From NCBI RefSeq assembly GCF_000315625.1, contig NW_005434534.1:62925-126924 (forward strand): a DNA stretch of 64,000 bases. Direction: 5' to 3'. The notes under the pieces were generated by a model, which was given only the letters and a program-made list of their open reading frames with translations, had not been told where the DNA came from and made no database searches. A program made the position numbers and the translations under genes. Shown one piece after another: positions 25,654 to 39,249 of the stretch; within the stretch, counting starts at the first letter, position 1; every line of letters begins with the position of its first letter. The DNA is from Guillardia theta CCMP2712 (taxonomy: Eukaryota; Protista; Cryptophyta).

Positions 25654-28173
25654 TCACTTGTTCCATTTGATCTGTTCGTATGTCACAGAACTTTATGGAG
25701 TGAAAAAACAAAAGAGGGGCGGAGTTGAGGAGGAGGAAACGGAGGAGGGGGTGGTGGTGGGAAAGAAGCGAGGAGGGGGAGGAGGAGAAAGGAAGGAGGA
25801 GAATGAGGAGGAGGGGGAGGGGGGCGGGAAGAGGAGGAGGAAGAGGGCACCGGTGGAGTGATCATCTCGATCCCCTCGAGTCCCTTCGTCTTAGTCTTCT
25901 CATTGACCTGCTCGTCCCACGTTACCCCAGAGATTCTCGTCTCCTCCTCCCACCTGCTGCATCGGAGATTTCCCGTTGTTGAGCGACACTCCAACCAAGT
26001 TCGGACCAGAAACGCAGCTGGAGAGCAGTGAGGAGGACGGAGACCGCGAGCATGCAGACCTCGGGTCTACCCACTGGTCTCTCGGGTAGTCGTACGTGTT
26101 GGGGTGACAGAGAATCTGATAACAAGTGGCGCTCGACTGCCAACGCGTGTGAGAGACTGTTGGGTCAGCAGGAGGGAGAGGCGGGGGGACCTGCCCAGCT
26201 GCAATGACAGACCAGGCCAAGAAGAACTCCTGCGACCACATGAGCCTACCACAAGAAGATTGAGATGACATGGCACCTGAAGGCGGAAGAGATGCTTGCC
26301 CTTGGTGTGCTCGGAGATGGCATCGATCTTGCCCAGCAGGATGTCCGTCTTATGCGACATCCAGTTGTCGTACCACTGTACCCATCATATCAGAATCAAG
26401 TTCCACACTCAGCCCCTGCTCTCTTTCCTTCCCGCACAGCTTCATCCCCCTCCTCCAAACAATCTAGTACAATTCCCGTCCCTCACGAGTCTCTTTGCCA
26501 TCTACCTTGTGGAGGGTGTGCGAGTAGTGACGGCCGATGGTCTCAACAGAGTGCACCTGCTCTTCGTCACTCGCCACACTTTCCTCTTCTTCTCACCTCA
26601 AATCCTGCAAGCTCACACTGCTTGACGTACCTGCAGTGCAAGATTTATTTCAGTCGCTAAATTGTCAGAAATGCAGGAGTCGACCAGTTGAGAGGAGTGG
26701 AGGCGTCAGCACCAGGGAAGATGTACTTGCTCATGAAAAGACCCCATGCGACATCCTGTATGTGCCGTCCCCTTCAGCTCAAGGACAGTCCAACACTCCT
26801 CCTCGACCATCCCCAAGTACGTCCCTCTCCTCTTTCCCTCTCACCTCCCAGCTTGGGCCTTGACGAAGACCGGAGACCTGCGCAGCCGGTCACATGCAAT
26901 GAGCAGAAGCAGATGATTCACCTGCAGGAGAAACTTGGAGTCCTGAACGAGATACACGGTCAGAGCAGTGAGAGAAGACGAAAGTCGTACTTGCCTTCTT
27001 AGCCAGCATCTTTCTGACAGATACCAAAAATGGATCGACGAAGTTGGCAATGCCAACGTGTTCCGCCATCTCAATAGAGGCGATCTTGTCAAACTTCTGT
27101 CCTCCCGGAATCTCGCGATAGTCGCAACAGTGAATCTCCGTCGGAACTCCTTCGAAACATGTCACATATTAAAGCGTCGCTTGGCAACGAGTACCAGTCT
27201 CCTTGCTCGCATAGTCGCAGTACTTCTTCCCTTCCGACGACAGAGTCACGCCTGTTGCCTTCGCCCCGTAATGCTTCACGGCATGGCGGCACAGAGTTCC
27301 CCATCCGCATCCGATGTCCAGCAGCGTCTCGCCCTTCTGCAGCATCAGCTTGTCGCAGATCATGTTGAGCTTGTTGAACTGTGCTTCCTCCAGCGTCCCA
27401 TCCGCTGCTGACTTGGCATAGTCGCCATTGTATCCGTCCGAGGCGAAGGAGGGCACCTTGTGGAACACTCCACACGTGTACACCATGGCGCGACCCAGCA
27501 TGGAGGAGAAGACGTCGTTGCCCTTGTTGTAATGCTCGTCGATCTCCTTGTGCGTCTCCTTCACAGACTTGCCGCTTGACGATCCTCGTCCCAGTCCACT
27601 CCCTGTCATCCACCATGGCAGGAACTGCGAGATGAGCCACCAGATCTGTCGCCAAGTGACTTTGTAGTTAGCGAACTCGTGGCGATGGTACTGCAAGATC
27701 TTGTAGCAATCCCCTCCCTCGCAGCTTTCGTTCCAGTCGAACAACCCTTCGATGTACATCTCATACAGCTCACACATGGGAATCTTCCTGTGCTTGTAGT
27801 AGTTGGCCAGGCTCTCCTTCTTGAAAGTCAGGAACTTGGACGTGTCCACTCCCTTCTCTGTGCCCACCCCGTGGTATACAACATCCCACAAGAAGCGGGT
27901 AATCACATAGGGGCCCAGCACACCAGCCAGGAGCATTGCCGTCTTGTTCAGCTCCTCTCCTTGCAAAATGCTCGTCGAGAAGTTTGACGCCGCCGCATAA
28001 TTGAAGAGCTGCACCGCCTTGTACGCGGTGACTCCTATCATTGTGCCGGCGTACGGGATGATTCCCATGAGCATCATGGGTGGGTCCGTCCAACGAGTGG
28101 ACATGGCGATGCCTATCCTGAGCTTCTCCATGATGGAGCCTGAACACAACATGAGCGAACCGCGAGCATTCAA
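25654..28173 (-). CDS. Sphingolipid C9-methyltransferase-like (CFA-synthase superfamily), multi-exon; start approximate
   Basis: N-terminal TM segments, KIPMCELYEMY, HYNKGNDVF..LGRAMVYTCG, LLDIGCGWGTL, EMAEHVG, WGLFMSKYIFPGADASTPL, TIGRHYSHTL. Confidence 0.85.
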
Positions 28174-28619
28174 AAACTTCCTCCGAGCTCATTTCAAGTC
28201 TTGTTGCGTCACCCTAGCCTGATCCCTACCCTTCTACCTGCAGTCGGCCAAACTGAACAGAAATCTTTGACTGTGATAAGCAGATTAGGAAATTTTCCTT
28301 GAGCATGGTTTTCCTCTCAATAGATTTCCAACCCACACCATAGGATCTTGCCTCAGAACGCATCTACCTACTTACCTCACTTCAACCTGCTCGCTTCTCC
28401 TAATTTCTTCTCCGAACCCATCCAATCCAACGCTCTGTTCTGCTGCCTCGGCATTGCCCTCACCTCACCTCTTCTTTCACCTCTCCTCTCCCTCCCTCCC
28501 TCCCTTCCTCCCTCCCTCCCTCCCTCCCTCCCTCCCCCTCGCTCCCCTCCTCCTCTCCTTCTCTTCTCTCCCCTCGTCAGTCGTCACGAGATCAATCCAG
28601 TAGGGGAACTTTAGCGACG

Positions 28620-29400
28620 AGGAAGAACAACCCCCTCACCCCACCCCTCAACGCCCCACAGCAACCCCACCTTGTTCAAAACAGTACCCCACCCCTCTTC
28701 ATACTACCCCTCCTCTCTACTTCTGAACAGCTGCACTATAAAAAAGTTACTCGGTACCCCTAGGTAGTCACCCTACTAACCCAACAGGCCCTCGTCCATA
28801 TGTACCCCCCACCCCCCTTCTCCATCAGCGAAACCACGTGGATTTGAAAAAGACCCACCCCCCATTTATGTTCCCTTCCACCCCTATCCACATCTGATCA
28901 TTCCCCCACTGAAACTTACACCCCCGAAAGCAAAGATAAGCTCTCTACCCCATTTTTGGCAGAGAAAAGTACCCCTAGCATTGTAATACAACCCCATCAA
29001 ATCAAGGCCTGTTCATTACTGCCCCTACTACCCCACCCACCCATGTTCCCCACGCACAACGCTAAACCACCACCTCATCTCTTCACCACCCCACCACCCC
29101 CCTCTATTCCCCCAGCCCTGTATGCCTCATCCGGTTGCATCTCTATCAACAGAGTGACGGGGGTACCTCAGTCGTGCTGTGGTTCGCGATTCGAAAGAGT
29201 AGGGTGGGTTGATAATGGGTGGGTGGGTCCCTCCACCTTCATTCCCGTGGGGTCAATGAAATACAGAGTGACTATTTTCTGGGGTGGGGTAGAGTTCTAG
29301 TCCGGGTGGGGTGGATGATTTCCAAGGGTAGGGTAGTAACATATAAGAGAATTGCAAGGCCATGGATGTGACCACCAAGGATGGGACCATCCCCTCGAGA
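28620..29400. promoter_or_regulatory. YACCCC/GGGGTR cloud in the divergent promoter of the methyltransferase and carrier genes
   Basis: Dense tacccc/cacccc units switching to gggtgg/ggggta in the right half. Confidence 0.55.
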
Positions 29401-29703
29401 GCATGCAGAGAGTGCCGGTCAAGAAGTAGCTAGGTTGCAGAAGACTTAGGAGAGAAAGTGAGGAGAAGAGGAGAAGGAGCATGAGAGAAGATAAAGCTTG
29501 AGAAGATGGTTCCTCATACACTTCTCTTCCGTGACTTCAGACTTGTTGATTGAGGCCATCTGAGGTATTCGGAGCCATACAAGCGTGCAGTTGAGAAAAT
29601 GTTGTTTCATCGAGAGTTGTAGTAGGGTGTGACGAGCCGCCAAGACGCTAGAAATACGTGGCTGGGCTTAAACTTTGCCGAGAAAGACGCAAAGACATTC
29701 GAA

Positions 29704-30900
29704 ATGCAAGAGCAGCAGCTCAAACAACCACTTGTTGAAGTGCAATTACCTTCCAAGGGACATGCTCAACACTGCAAAATGTGTGCAACAATCTCTGGTG
29801 CTACAGCAGGAGCCGTTGGAGTGCTGGTGGGTCAGCCGTTCGATACTCTTAAAGTCAGGCTGCAAGTTTCAGGAGCTAAGAGCGTGGCGAGCACAGAGAC
29901 GAGGAGCTTCGTAAAGACATTGGCAATGTACTACAGGGGCTCAGGCCCCCCAGTCATCTCCTCTGGCTTGGTGTCCTCGTTGAACTTCACAGGATTCGAG
30001 GCGATCAAACGCTTGTTTCATCGTGAGGACATGCATAGAGCACCTCTCTTTGTCCATTGGGTTTCGGGCTTTGGAGGTGCGATCCCGGTTACTGTCATCA
30101 CGTGTCCATCGCAGAACATCAAAATCCTTCAGCAAGCAGGCGAAGAAAGGTTGGGGATGATTGAATGCTTGCGCAAGATCTTCAAGACATCCGGCTTGCG
30201 AGGGCTCTATAGGGGATACTGCATCCACTCTATTCTAGAAACTTTTGGTAAGTGCAGCCTTCCTAAAAGACCCGATGGCGTTGTTGACTTGTATGCAGGT
30301 CGGGGTTGGTACATGGTGACTTATGAAACTGTGAAGCGCAGGCTTGATGATACCCCTGAGGTTGACGACTCTCTCGTCCTTCAACCCTAACCATCCTCGT
30401 CATGAACCCCCTAAACTCTTTCCATCAGGTCCTTGGAGGTCAAATTTCCCTCCACAGACGAATGTTGGCGGGAGCATGTGCAGGCATGGCTGGTTGGAGC
30501 TCAATCTATCCGTTGGACGTCATTCGGTCGAGGATTATGGCGCAGGTCCTTCTCATTGCATTTGGGCATGGTTTCTGATATGCCCGAGCAGCCGCTGACT
30601 GAAAAAGAAAAGCTAGCAAATCCGAAGATGCTCTTCTCAAACAGTCTCGATTGCATCATGAAAACTTATAGCGAAGGAGGAATCCCTATCTTCTTCAGAG
30701 GTCGTGTGCCTCCAGCACCATCCTGCACGTCCCCCTGACTGATTTACCCACAGGGATCGGATTCTCACTCGTTCGGGCGGCACCGGTGGCAGCCTGTGAG
30801 TAAATCGGGGGACCTGTTGATGTGAATGACCGCTGTGCCAGGCGTACTTCCAACCTACGATCTTGCCTACAGCTGGCTGCAGTCTACCTTTGGATCATGA
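29704..30900 (+). CDS. Mitochondrial carrier family (SLC25) protein, carnitine/ornithine-carrier-like, multi-exon
   Basis: GQPFDTLKVRLQ and YPLDVIRSRIM signatures, GLRGLYRG, three-repeat layout. Confidence 0.9.
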
Positions 30901-31125
30901 AGAGAGTCTTCTTGCTGGGGACGAGATTCCAGCACTGTTCAAGCCTGCTCCTCACGGTTTCTGTGTACATTTTTTTGACTTTTAAAGAATTCCATAAGCA
31001 ACTGTACAGTAGAGCATACAGATGGAATATTATTTTGACATTGTCCGCTAATCGAACTTCATGGCGTCACAGAAACTTCCTGGCGTCGCTGCAATTTGCC
31101 TTCAGGCTTGCGCAAGCAAGATTGT

Positions 31126-32611
31126 TCAACAAGAGCAGTTGCTAGCTCCTTGGGTACCTCGAGAGCTGAAAAAAGCACTGAGTCTCGATCACGAGAGAGA
31201 GGCAAGCTTACGCAAGATTCAACCCCGAGACCTCGTTGTTAACCAGATGTGGAGAATCTAAGATCTTTTGTACAAGTTCCTCGAACGCTAGAAGAAGAAC
31301 AGATCAGGTGAGCAATGGAAACACATCAACAGATACCTTGCTGAATTCCAGTCTTCGCTTTTGCACTGCACTCAATGAATAGCTACGACATTTCATATCA
31401 CACATTCAAACAAGCCAAGAGCAAGCGCACCATCCCACGATTTCGAGCGAATTCTATTCCATCCGCACGAGTCACTTCGCGATTTGCCTTATCGATCTTA
31501 TTGCCCACCAAGAGTTTGACAACCTGTGCATGCGCTATCAACTGCCTCGCAACCAAAGTAGCAGATGCGATAGTACTCCGTCTCGGTTTGTGTACATGTC
31601 CACCTCTTTCAACCACTGCAGCTTGTTACAAACATGTGAACCAGAGATTTCGAGCTTCACCTGCTCAAGATTCTCGAACGTTTCCTTGCGAGTCACATCG
31701 TAAACTAGTAAAACATCAGCCATGTTCCTCATAAGATTTTTCTACCAAGAATAACGCCCTGGGCACCACGGTAATAGCTACTAGTCAAAGTGCGGAAACG
31801 CTCCTGCCCTGAAGATCCTTGCAGATAAGCAAACAAGTAGACATGTTGAATAAAACAGAAGATCTTGAGCTAGACTGACCGGCTGTGTCCCAGATCGTCA
31901 GTTTCACTTTCTTCCCTTCCACGTCGATTGATTTGACCTTCACAAACAATCACGAATAGCTTGCTCAATACCCAAGGAGATGAGATCGGGACCTTGAAAT
32001 CAACCCCTATGGTGGCAGGCTGATCCGTAGCAAAGGAATCATCCGTAAATCGAAGTAGAATGCTTGACTTGCCAACACCACTATTCCATGTAATTTGTCA
32101 AGCGCTTTTCGCGGGGTGTGGTTGGGATATTGGATGGAGAACAGGAGAAGGATGAATAACAGTATTCCCTGTTTCACAGCATGCTATTCAAGCAGAAGAG
32201 CCAGCAGACTCTGATTTCCATGAAAGTTGATGCAGGCACACGCATACAAGTAAGAACAGTGAGGGTCGAGCTCAGTTGATCATTTCAAATTCGAAAAATG
32301 GAAAGATGTAGCAAGTGTCTCAGTTTGAGGAGGTACTGTCAGAGCATTATTGGATGATGGTGAAGAAGTTTAGTATCACATCGGTCGATTTTCAGCATGT
32401 GGCGGGGTGAATTTCAAAAAAGTAGGTGTAGGCTATGGAGAAGGTGCCGGTGATGGGAGGAGGAGAGAGGACGAGGAAAAAGACAATGAAACAGCGGAGA
32501 AAGAGGGAAATGAGGGAGGAAGGTTGGTGAGGCATGCAGGATGGAGGGGTACCTGTCTCCTGTGAGAAGGAGCTTGAAGCGATGATCGAACGCGTCGCTC
32601 TCCTTGGCCAT
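31126..32611 (-). CDS. RAB18: Rab18 (RabC) small GTPase, multi-exon
   Basis: [75 protein letters not shown]-terminal CSC. Confidence 0.93.
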
Positions 32612-32619
32612 GGCTGCCA

Positions 32620-33000
32620 AATCTGCCACCCACGTGTAGAGGCTGCAAAGCAGGGGTAGTAGGGTCTTGGGTGGGTACAGTACCAGGCCGTCGGGGGTAC
32701 TGAGTCGAAAGGGGTACTGGGAGGAGAGATGGAGGGGTACCTGGTATGCTGCAATAAGATTCAAAAAGTTTAGGAGGGAGGCGGAGGGGTGGTTTTGATA
32801 TTTGAGGGGTAGGGATGGGAAGGGGTACAGAGGTAGGGGTGGGTCTTTCCTTGCGATTGTCATAGAGGCACGATGGGAGCACGTGGGGTAGGGTGAAGAG
32901 AAGGGGTGGTGGGGTAAGTGACATGTGAGGGTACGGGTCCAGCCATTCAAAAAGAGTAGATCAGGAGGCTGAGGGGTCCCCTCGTATGGGAGGGGTGGAG
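32620..33000. promoter_or_regulatory. GGGGTR motif cluster upstream of Rab18
   Basis: ggggtagtaggg, gggggtac (several), ggggtaggg, ggggtggtgggggtaag. Confidence 0.5.
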
Positions 33001-33006
33001 ACTTGC

Positions 33007-33078
33007 TTCCTCAACGGGGAATCGAACCCCGGTCTCCAGGGTGAGAACCTGGTATCCTAACCGCTAGACGATTGAGGA
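33007..33078 (-). tRNA. trnE: tRNA-Glu(CTC)
   Basis: Reverse complement TCCTCAA TCGTCTAGCGGTTAGGATA CCAGG TTCTCAC CCTGG AGAC CGGGGTTCGATTCCCCG TTGAGGA A folds as a full cloverleaf, anticodon CTC. Confidence 0.96.
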
Positions 33079-33119
33079 CTTCCCGATCTGTCCAAACGGA
33101 GGCCTGCAAAGTTTATATA

Positions 33120-33515
33120 GTACATCGGCCCGGGCCGCGACTCACGAGTCACTGAGTCCGACTCACCGGGGCCTGAGCCTCCGACCGTGGCACTGCACGC
33201 TTGCCGGAGAGTGCACCTCACTCCCATCAGCGACGCTCGGACGCCAAGCTGAGAGAGATGTTCGCAGTCGAGCTGACAGCCGACACCTTCAACTTCGGCA
33301 GGCCGCCCGGCCCCGCGGGCCCGGTAACTTACTGAGAACTTCGTGAGCAGCGCCGTACTAGGGCAGCCCGGCCCGGCCCGGCCGCCGCTCCGACGCTCCG
33401 GGCCGAGGCCGTACGGTCCGATCTGCTCAGCGGGCACCGCGGGCCGGGCCCGGGGTGCCACGGTCGGACTGGCTCGGACGCCGGCGGGCCGGGCGGTCGC
33501 CGGGTGACCGGGTGC
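33120..33515. promoter_or_regulatory. GC-rich CCGG/TGACTC island between tRNA-Glu and the large + gene
   Basis: gactcacgagtcactgagtc, cccggcccggcccggcc, gggccgggcccgggg. Confidence 0.45.
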
Positions 33516-33574
33516 AGTGCAGCGAGGGGATGGGGTCAGGGATGGGGTACTGCAGGTTCAGTCTGGTCGGGGAA

Positions 33575-34166
33575 ATGCACGACGAATTCCTTCTATTGTC
33601 GGTAATCCTCCTCGTCCTCGTCCTCCTCCTCGTCCTCCTCGTCCTCCTCCTTCTCCTTCTCCTCATCGTCCTCCTCCTCGTCCTCGTCCTCGTCCTCCTC
33701 GTCCTCGTCCTCGTCCTCGTCCTCCTCCTCGTCCTCCTCCTCCTCCTCGTCCACCTCCTGCTTCTCCTCCTTCTTCTTGTCGATCTCCTTCTCCTTCTTC
33801 TCGTCCTTCCTATCCTCCATCCCGGTCTTGTGCTCCCTATCGATGCCACAGATGAAGGAGAAGTTCCACAGCGCTTGCAATCTGCTGCTGCAACAAGCCG
33901 GCAACTATGACGCGCTGCTGGCTCTCTACTACCTGGTCGGCTATCTTGGCATGACCAGTCATTGGACTAGCACACCGAGGCAGCTACGCCTTCCTACCCT
34001 CAATGAAGCGCTATCGCAGACACTACTGCTAGTTCAACTGGAAGCTTTTACTNNNNNNNNNNNNNNNNNNNNNNNNNNNNNNNNNNNNNNNNNNNNNNNN
34101 NNNNNNNNNNNNNNNNNNNNNNNNNNNNNNNNNNNNNNNNNNNNNNNNNNNNTCCTTCCTCCTCCA

Positions 34167-34199
<33 letters not shown>

Positions 34200-35893
34200 C
34201 TCGTCCTCGTCCTCGTCCTCCCTCCTCCGTCCTCCTCCTCCTCCTCGTCCTCGTCCTCCTCCTCCTCGTCCTCCTCTCCTCTCCTTCTCCTCCTTTCTTC
34301 CTCCTTCTCCTCCTTCTCCTTCTCTTGCTTCTTTTCCTCCTCCCCCCCCTCCTCGTTCTCCTAACCCTTTTCCTTCTGCTACTGGTACTGGTACTACAAC
34401 AACCATTACTCCTATAGCCTCCTCTTCCTTCTGCTACTCCTGCTGTTCCTGCTCCTACTCTAATTCTACTCATACTGAACCACCGCATCCTGGCAATCCT
34501 GGCAAATCCAGCATATTCTCTTCCTTTCTTGGCATCCTCTTCTCATCCAAACTTGACTTATGCTGCTCTCCTCCTTTTCATGTGTGTTCCACCAGCTTCT
34601 TGTGTTGAGACATGATCAGGTGAAAGAGAGGGAGGCCGGACCATCGGAGGGATGTCTGCTGGGGTCAGTAAGGTGAGGGCGGGAGGGGACAATCGGCGAT
34701 TGTGACGATGAAGCAAGGAGAGACTCGGCGTGGATAGGGATGAAGGAGATGTACGCGGCTCTGCGATACGAGAGGAAGCTGACAAGATCGAGTATCGAAC
34801 GTGTAGCCGAGATGGCGAGCACGGAACAAGCCTGCTATCTCCTGCTCCTCCTCGCTCCTGAGAGCCGCAACTGTCTCTTGCGAGACGTTCTTGATCGTGA
34901 ACAGCATGACATGAAAGTGATGTTTTCGGCTCTTATCAGGCCACTTGTGGTGCATCTCGACGAGCAAAGTGTCAAGTTGCTGATAGATAAGACTATGACC
35001 AAGACAGCAGTCATGTTGCCCTCAGACCTCACCGACCTCGTCCGCCATGTCATGCCGGGCATTTCGTTCCTTGCCGAGCGAGAAGCTGAGAGAGGGCATG
35101 CCGAGGACCCCAGAGAGACAAGGATAGGTGAGACTTGCTGTGCTGCGAGCGTCGGTGAAAGCTCCATGCAGGGGCTGCTCTCACCTCGCTCCTACTTCAT
35201 CTGGGTATGGACGGCTGATCCCTGGCAGCTGTTGACGTTGTTTGCCAGGTTGGATTCCATTGTTGAGCTCAACGAGATTGTTTCCCGACACAAGAGACAT
35301 CTTGCTCACGTTGAGGTGGATGACGAGCAGGCGAAGGGGGATGACTGAGCCTTCACGCAGCTCGCCAGGGTGTCAGGAGCTGGAAGTCTTGCAAGAGATC
35401 AGAACCTTGCTCGGCATCACCCGGAACGCGATTGCTGCGCCCAAACTGAAAAGTGTTCAAGGGACTATGAACCAGCACTGGTCCATCAACCATGCATGTC
35501 AGACGCAACGATCCGCGAGGAGAAGATGTTTCGACAAGCTGGTGGACCTCACGCAGGCTTGCTTGTCTTGCTCGCACGAGAGTAGATGGCGATGGTGTGT
35601 CTCCCAAGATTGACTGTTTGAGTCTCCCAGGAGAACCGACGCGTGAGATCTCCGAGATAGAGGAGACGGTGAACAAAGTCGACACGGTAGAGTTGCTTCT
35701 GATTTACTAGGCGATGATGCGCTTTGCAGGATGTTCTCCCGACACTCGTCTGCGAAGTTTTACAGCACCTCCTCTCTACCGAGACCTTTCCGAAACTCAT
35801 GCTGCGACAACCAAGCTCTTCCTCTCTTCCTAGCTGGCTGCTTGTCCGCTTTACCATCGGGATGAACAAACTCTCTGCATCTCTTGCTCCTCC

Positions 35894-35939
<46 letters not shown>

Positions 35940-38900
35940 TCATGCACACAACCCTCGTCATCGTTGCGCAATCGCAAGAAAGTCGATCGCCTGCAGGACG
36001 ACGGGATCTGTCAGGTCTGACCTCCTCGCCTGTCACTTGCTCCTCATCATCTTTGCAGGTCGCCATCTTGGCTCTCCTTCATCCGAGGCTGCTGGTGGAG
36101 AAGATGGTGATGGAGGTGGCGGTTAAGAGGAGGCAGCCGAGCTTCGCTTTCAGCTGCTTGTCAACCTTCAGCGAGCTGGTGAGCTGCTGGGCTTGTCTGG
36201 ACCAGCTGACGAGTAGCAGGCAGAGGTGATGGTGGACAGAAGCTCTCTCCTCGTGCATGTTCTGCTCCAGCTCCTGTCCAGCTCTAACATTGACCTCTCC
36301 GCCCCGACGACCCGCGCTGCTTGCCTTCATCTCCTCCTCCTCCTCTCCTCCTCCCGTCAGTGTCACTCAGTGCGAGGCCTCCGGCTCCTCTCTCACCTCC
36401 TTCTTCCTTCTCTTCTTTCTACCTCTGCCTCCTTCACCTCTCCTCCTCGAGATCCTCGAGCTGCTTCCCAGCTCGGGTTCGTCATGCTGGCGCTTGTGCG
36501 CGTTGACTTGTCGTGGAGCACGGCGAGCAGGTCAGGAGCAGACGCGAAGGGGAGGAGGAGGTGACGCTGCTGCTCCAGCCGTGCCCGAGGGCTCCTGCTC
36601 GTCTCCTTGGTCTCTCAATTGTTGCGAATCCATGGGAGGAGAAATGAGCTGCTGCCGGCTGACATGACGTTGGCAGAGGTGTCCCTTGCTCCTGTCCTTT
36701 CTGCCAGAAGCCATGTTCACTTGTCCTCCTCCTCCTCCTCCTCCTCCTCCTCCTCCCTNNNNNNNNNNNNNNNNNNNNNNNNNNNNNNNNNNNNNNNNNN
36801 NNNNNNNNNNNNNNNNNNNNNNNNNNNNNNNNNNNNNNNNNNNNNNNNNNNNNNNNNNAGGGGAGGCAGTCAGCATGATCCACATCGCAGACCCCATCGT
36901 ATCAAAACTGCACGGGAAGCTCAGGGGGGGATCTCTGGGTTCCTAGTGGATCTTGGGACGAAGATGGGAGAGGTCTGGTGCTCCCAGCTCCTCGTCCCGC
37001 GCATGCTCGCCGTCCTCTACGACTGGACCTTCGGGTCGACGGAGGGGAGGAGAGGAGTGGCGGCACACAAGACGCTGGCAGAGGAGAGGTCCCCCGATGA
37101 TAGCGATGGGCAGAGGGCGGGCGGAGCTGGGAAGGACGGGAAGACTTTCACGCGCAGAGACTCTTTTCTGCTGATATACGACGGCCCGACCCAGAGCCTG
37201 CCCCCGGCAGCAGCCTGACTTCCATCGACTCCTCCTCCTCCTCCTCCTCCTCCCTCCTCCCTCCTCCTCCTCCTCCTCCCTCCTCCCTCCTCCTCCTCCT
37301 CCTCCTCTTCCTTCTACTCTCAGTCACTCATCTGTTCTCAACGATCGCATTCCAGGAGGCTCTGAGGATGTTTGCTGACAAGCTTGCGGAGCACGTCAGA
37401 AGGAAGGTGAGGAGGGAGGAGGAAGAGGTCTGACGCAGAGTAGGCGCTCGCACACAAATCCATCAGAGACCAGCTTGCTGCTTGCCCTGCTACAAGAAGC
37501 TCCCCTCCCCTCCCGAGTCGTCTGTGCCGGATTGATCTGGGTCTCTTCTACTTCTCCTCTCTTTCGCCTCCTTTCGTCACCCGCAGTCCCAGGAGCTACT
37601 CGAGCGAAACCGAAACAGCATGCGCCGCACGTTCACAGTGACTCTGACTCATGGCTCAGACAGCGACCGTACGCTGCAGGTCTGAACTGCCTCTCGTCAC
37701 CTGCATGCTTTACCCTCGCCTGCCTTCCTTTGCTGTGCTTCCTCTTTCTCCTCTCCTCTCCTCTCCTCTCCTCTCCTCTCCTCTCCTCTCCTCTCCTCTC
37801 CTCTCCTCTCCTCTCCTCTCCTCTCCTCTCCTCTCCTCTCCTCTCCTCTCCTCTCCTCTCCTCTCCTCTCCTCTCCTCTCTCATTTCAATGCAAGGTCGC
37901 TTCCCTCCTCGAAGCTTGCTGCTCACGTCTCTTCTTCCTCCGCGAGGCCGCCCCGAGCATCGTCTCGCTCCTGCAGGCGGCAGGTGCTTCGTGTGATCGG
38001 CTAGCCTGACAGGCAGCAGGAGGGCGAACATGCTCGCAAGCTTCTCCTGGTGTCTGCGGCTCTGGTGCTGACGCGCGTGGGAGAGAAGGAGGCGGTTGTC
38101 TTGTCTATACGCATCCTCCCGGCTCTCTTCAACGGTAGCTGATATTCCTCCTTCTTTCTCATCCTCCTCATCCTCCTCCTCCGCCTTCTCCTACTCCTAC
38201 CTGCTCCCTCCTCTTCCCTTTGACTCTCTTCCATCGTCCTCTCCTCCGTTTCTCTTCCTCCTCTTCCCTTCTCTCATCCCATCCATAGGTGACGTCAGCA
38301 CCCGCAAGTCCTCGGCCTTCTCTCTCTTCATGCAAGCTTGCACGACTATCCTGGTGCTCCCGCGCCTTCCGCCTGCTCCTCTCCCTTCCTCCCCACCTCT
38401 GACCTCCAGCAGGTCAGCAGCAACACCAGCAAGACGCAGGAGCACCTCCTAGCAGGGCTCGCGGCGTCGACTCGCTCGTATCTGCAGGGCATGGAGAGGA
38501 AGGGACCTCTGCTACCTCTCAGGTGCCTGACGTCACTCCCTCACCCTCCTGACGAGGATCAGACGCGCTTTCCACAGCTCCTGTGCCATGCTCAAGGACG
38601 TCACGGCAGAGGCTTCGAGTGAGACTCCTTTCCTCCACTTGATCTTGAGCTCTGAAAGTGTTGGAGGTCTCCAAGAGCAGCTGCTGGCTATCGTCCTGAG
38701 GTCCTCTTCCTCTCCCTCCGCTTCCACCGCTTGCTGACGCTCCTGCTCTCCTCTTCCTCCTCCACCTCCTCCATCGTTGCTTCCTCCTCGGCCTCTACCA
38801 CTATTTACAGCATCCTTGCTTCAATCCGCGACCTAGTGCTCAAAGGCAGCGAGGAAGACCAAAGGGACGTCAAGGCCGACATAGCGCGATCGATCAGATC

Positions 38901-39030
38901 TCTCAAATCAGCTCCGCAGGAGGAGCCGCTCATGGCAGTGCTGCGGACTATGGGGGAGTGCGAGGATAGGAGAGCTGGCGGGGAAGGGGCAGGGGAGGAC
39001 GGGGAGGAAGGAGAGAGAGGAGTAGGATGA
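33575..39030 (+). CDS. Large Leu-rich alpha-helical protein of unknown function, many exons, two gaps in introns; ends approximate
   Basis: Consecutive helical exons (e.g. 34740-35348, 35729-36015, 36059-36180) with GT/AG junctions; SSRs mostly in introns; no family recognised. Confidence 0.55.
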
Positions 39031-39249
39031 GTGCTGGCAACAATTGACGATCTCTCGTAACTTCACTTGAGCTGCTTCACCTCGAAATACTTGCAAACCG
39101 ACGACATGTCAGGGCGACTGCCATCAACCTCAGCTGACATCCAGCACACTTTGACAACGTCAAGGTCACCTTCGGACATCCTCATTGCCGCACATCTAGC
39201 ACAGCAACGTCAGCTCCTCCTCCTCCCCCCCCCCCCCCCCGAATGAGTT

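Noticed and set aside
33427-34488. Acidic, poly-Arg and poly-Pro ORFs
   Set aside because: Frames of (CCT/CGT)n repeats inside introns
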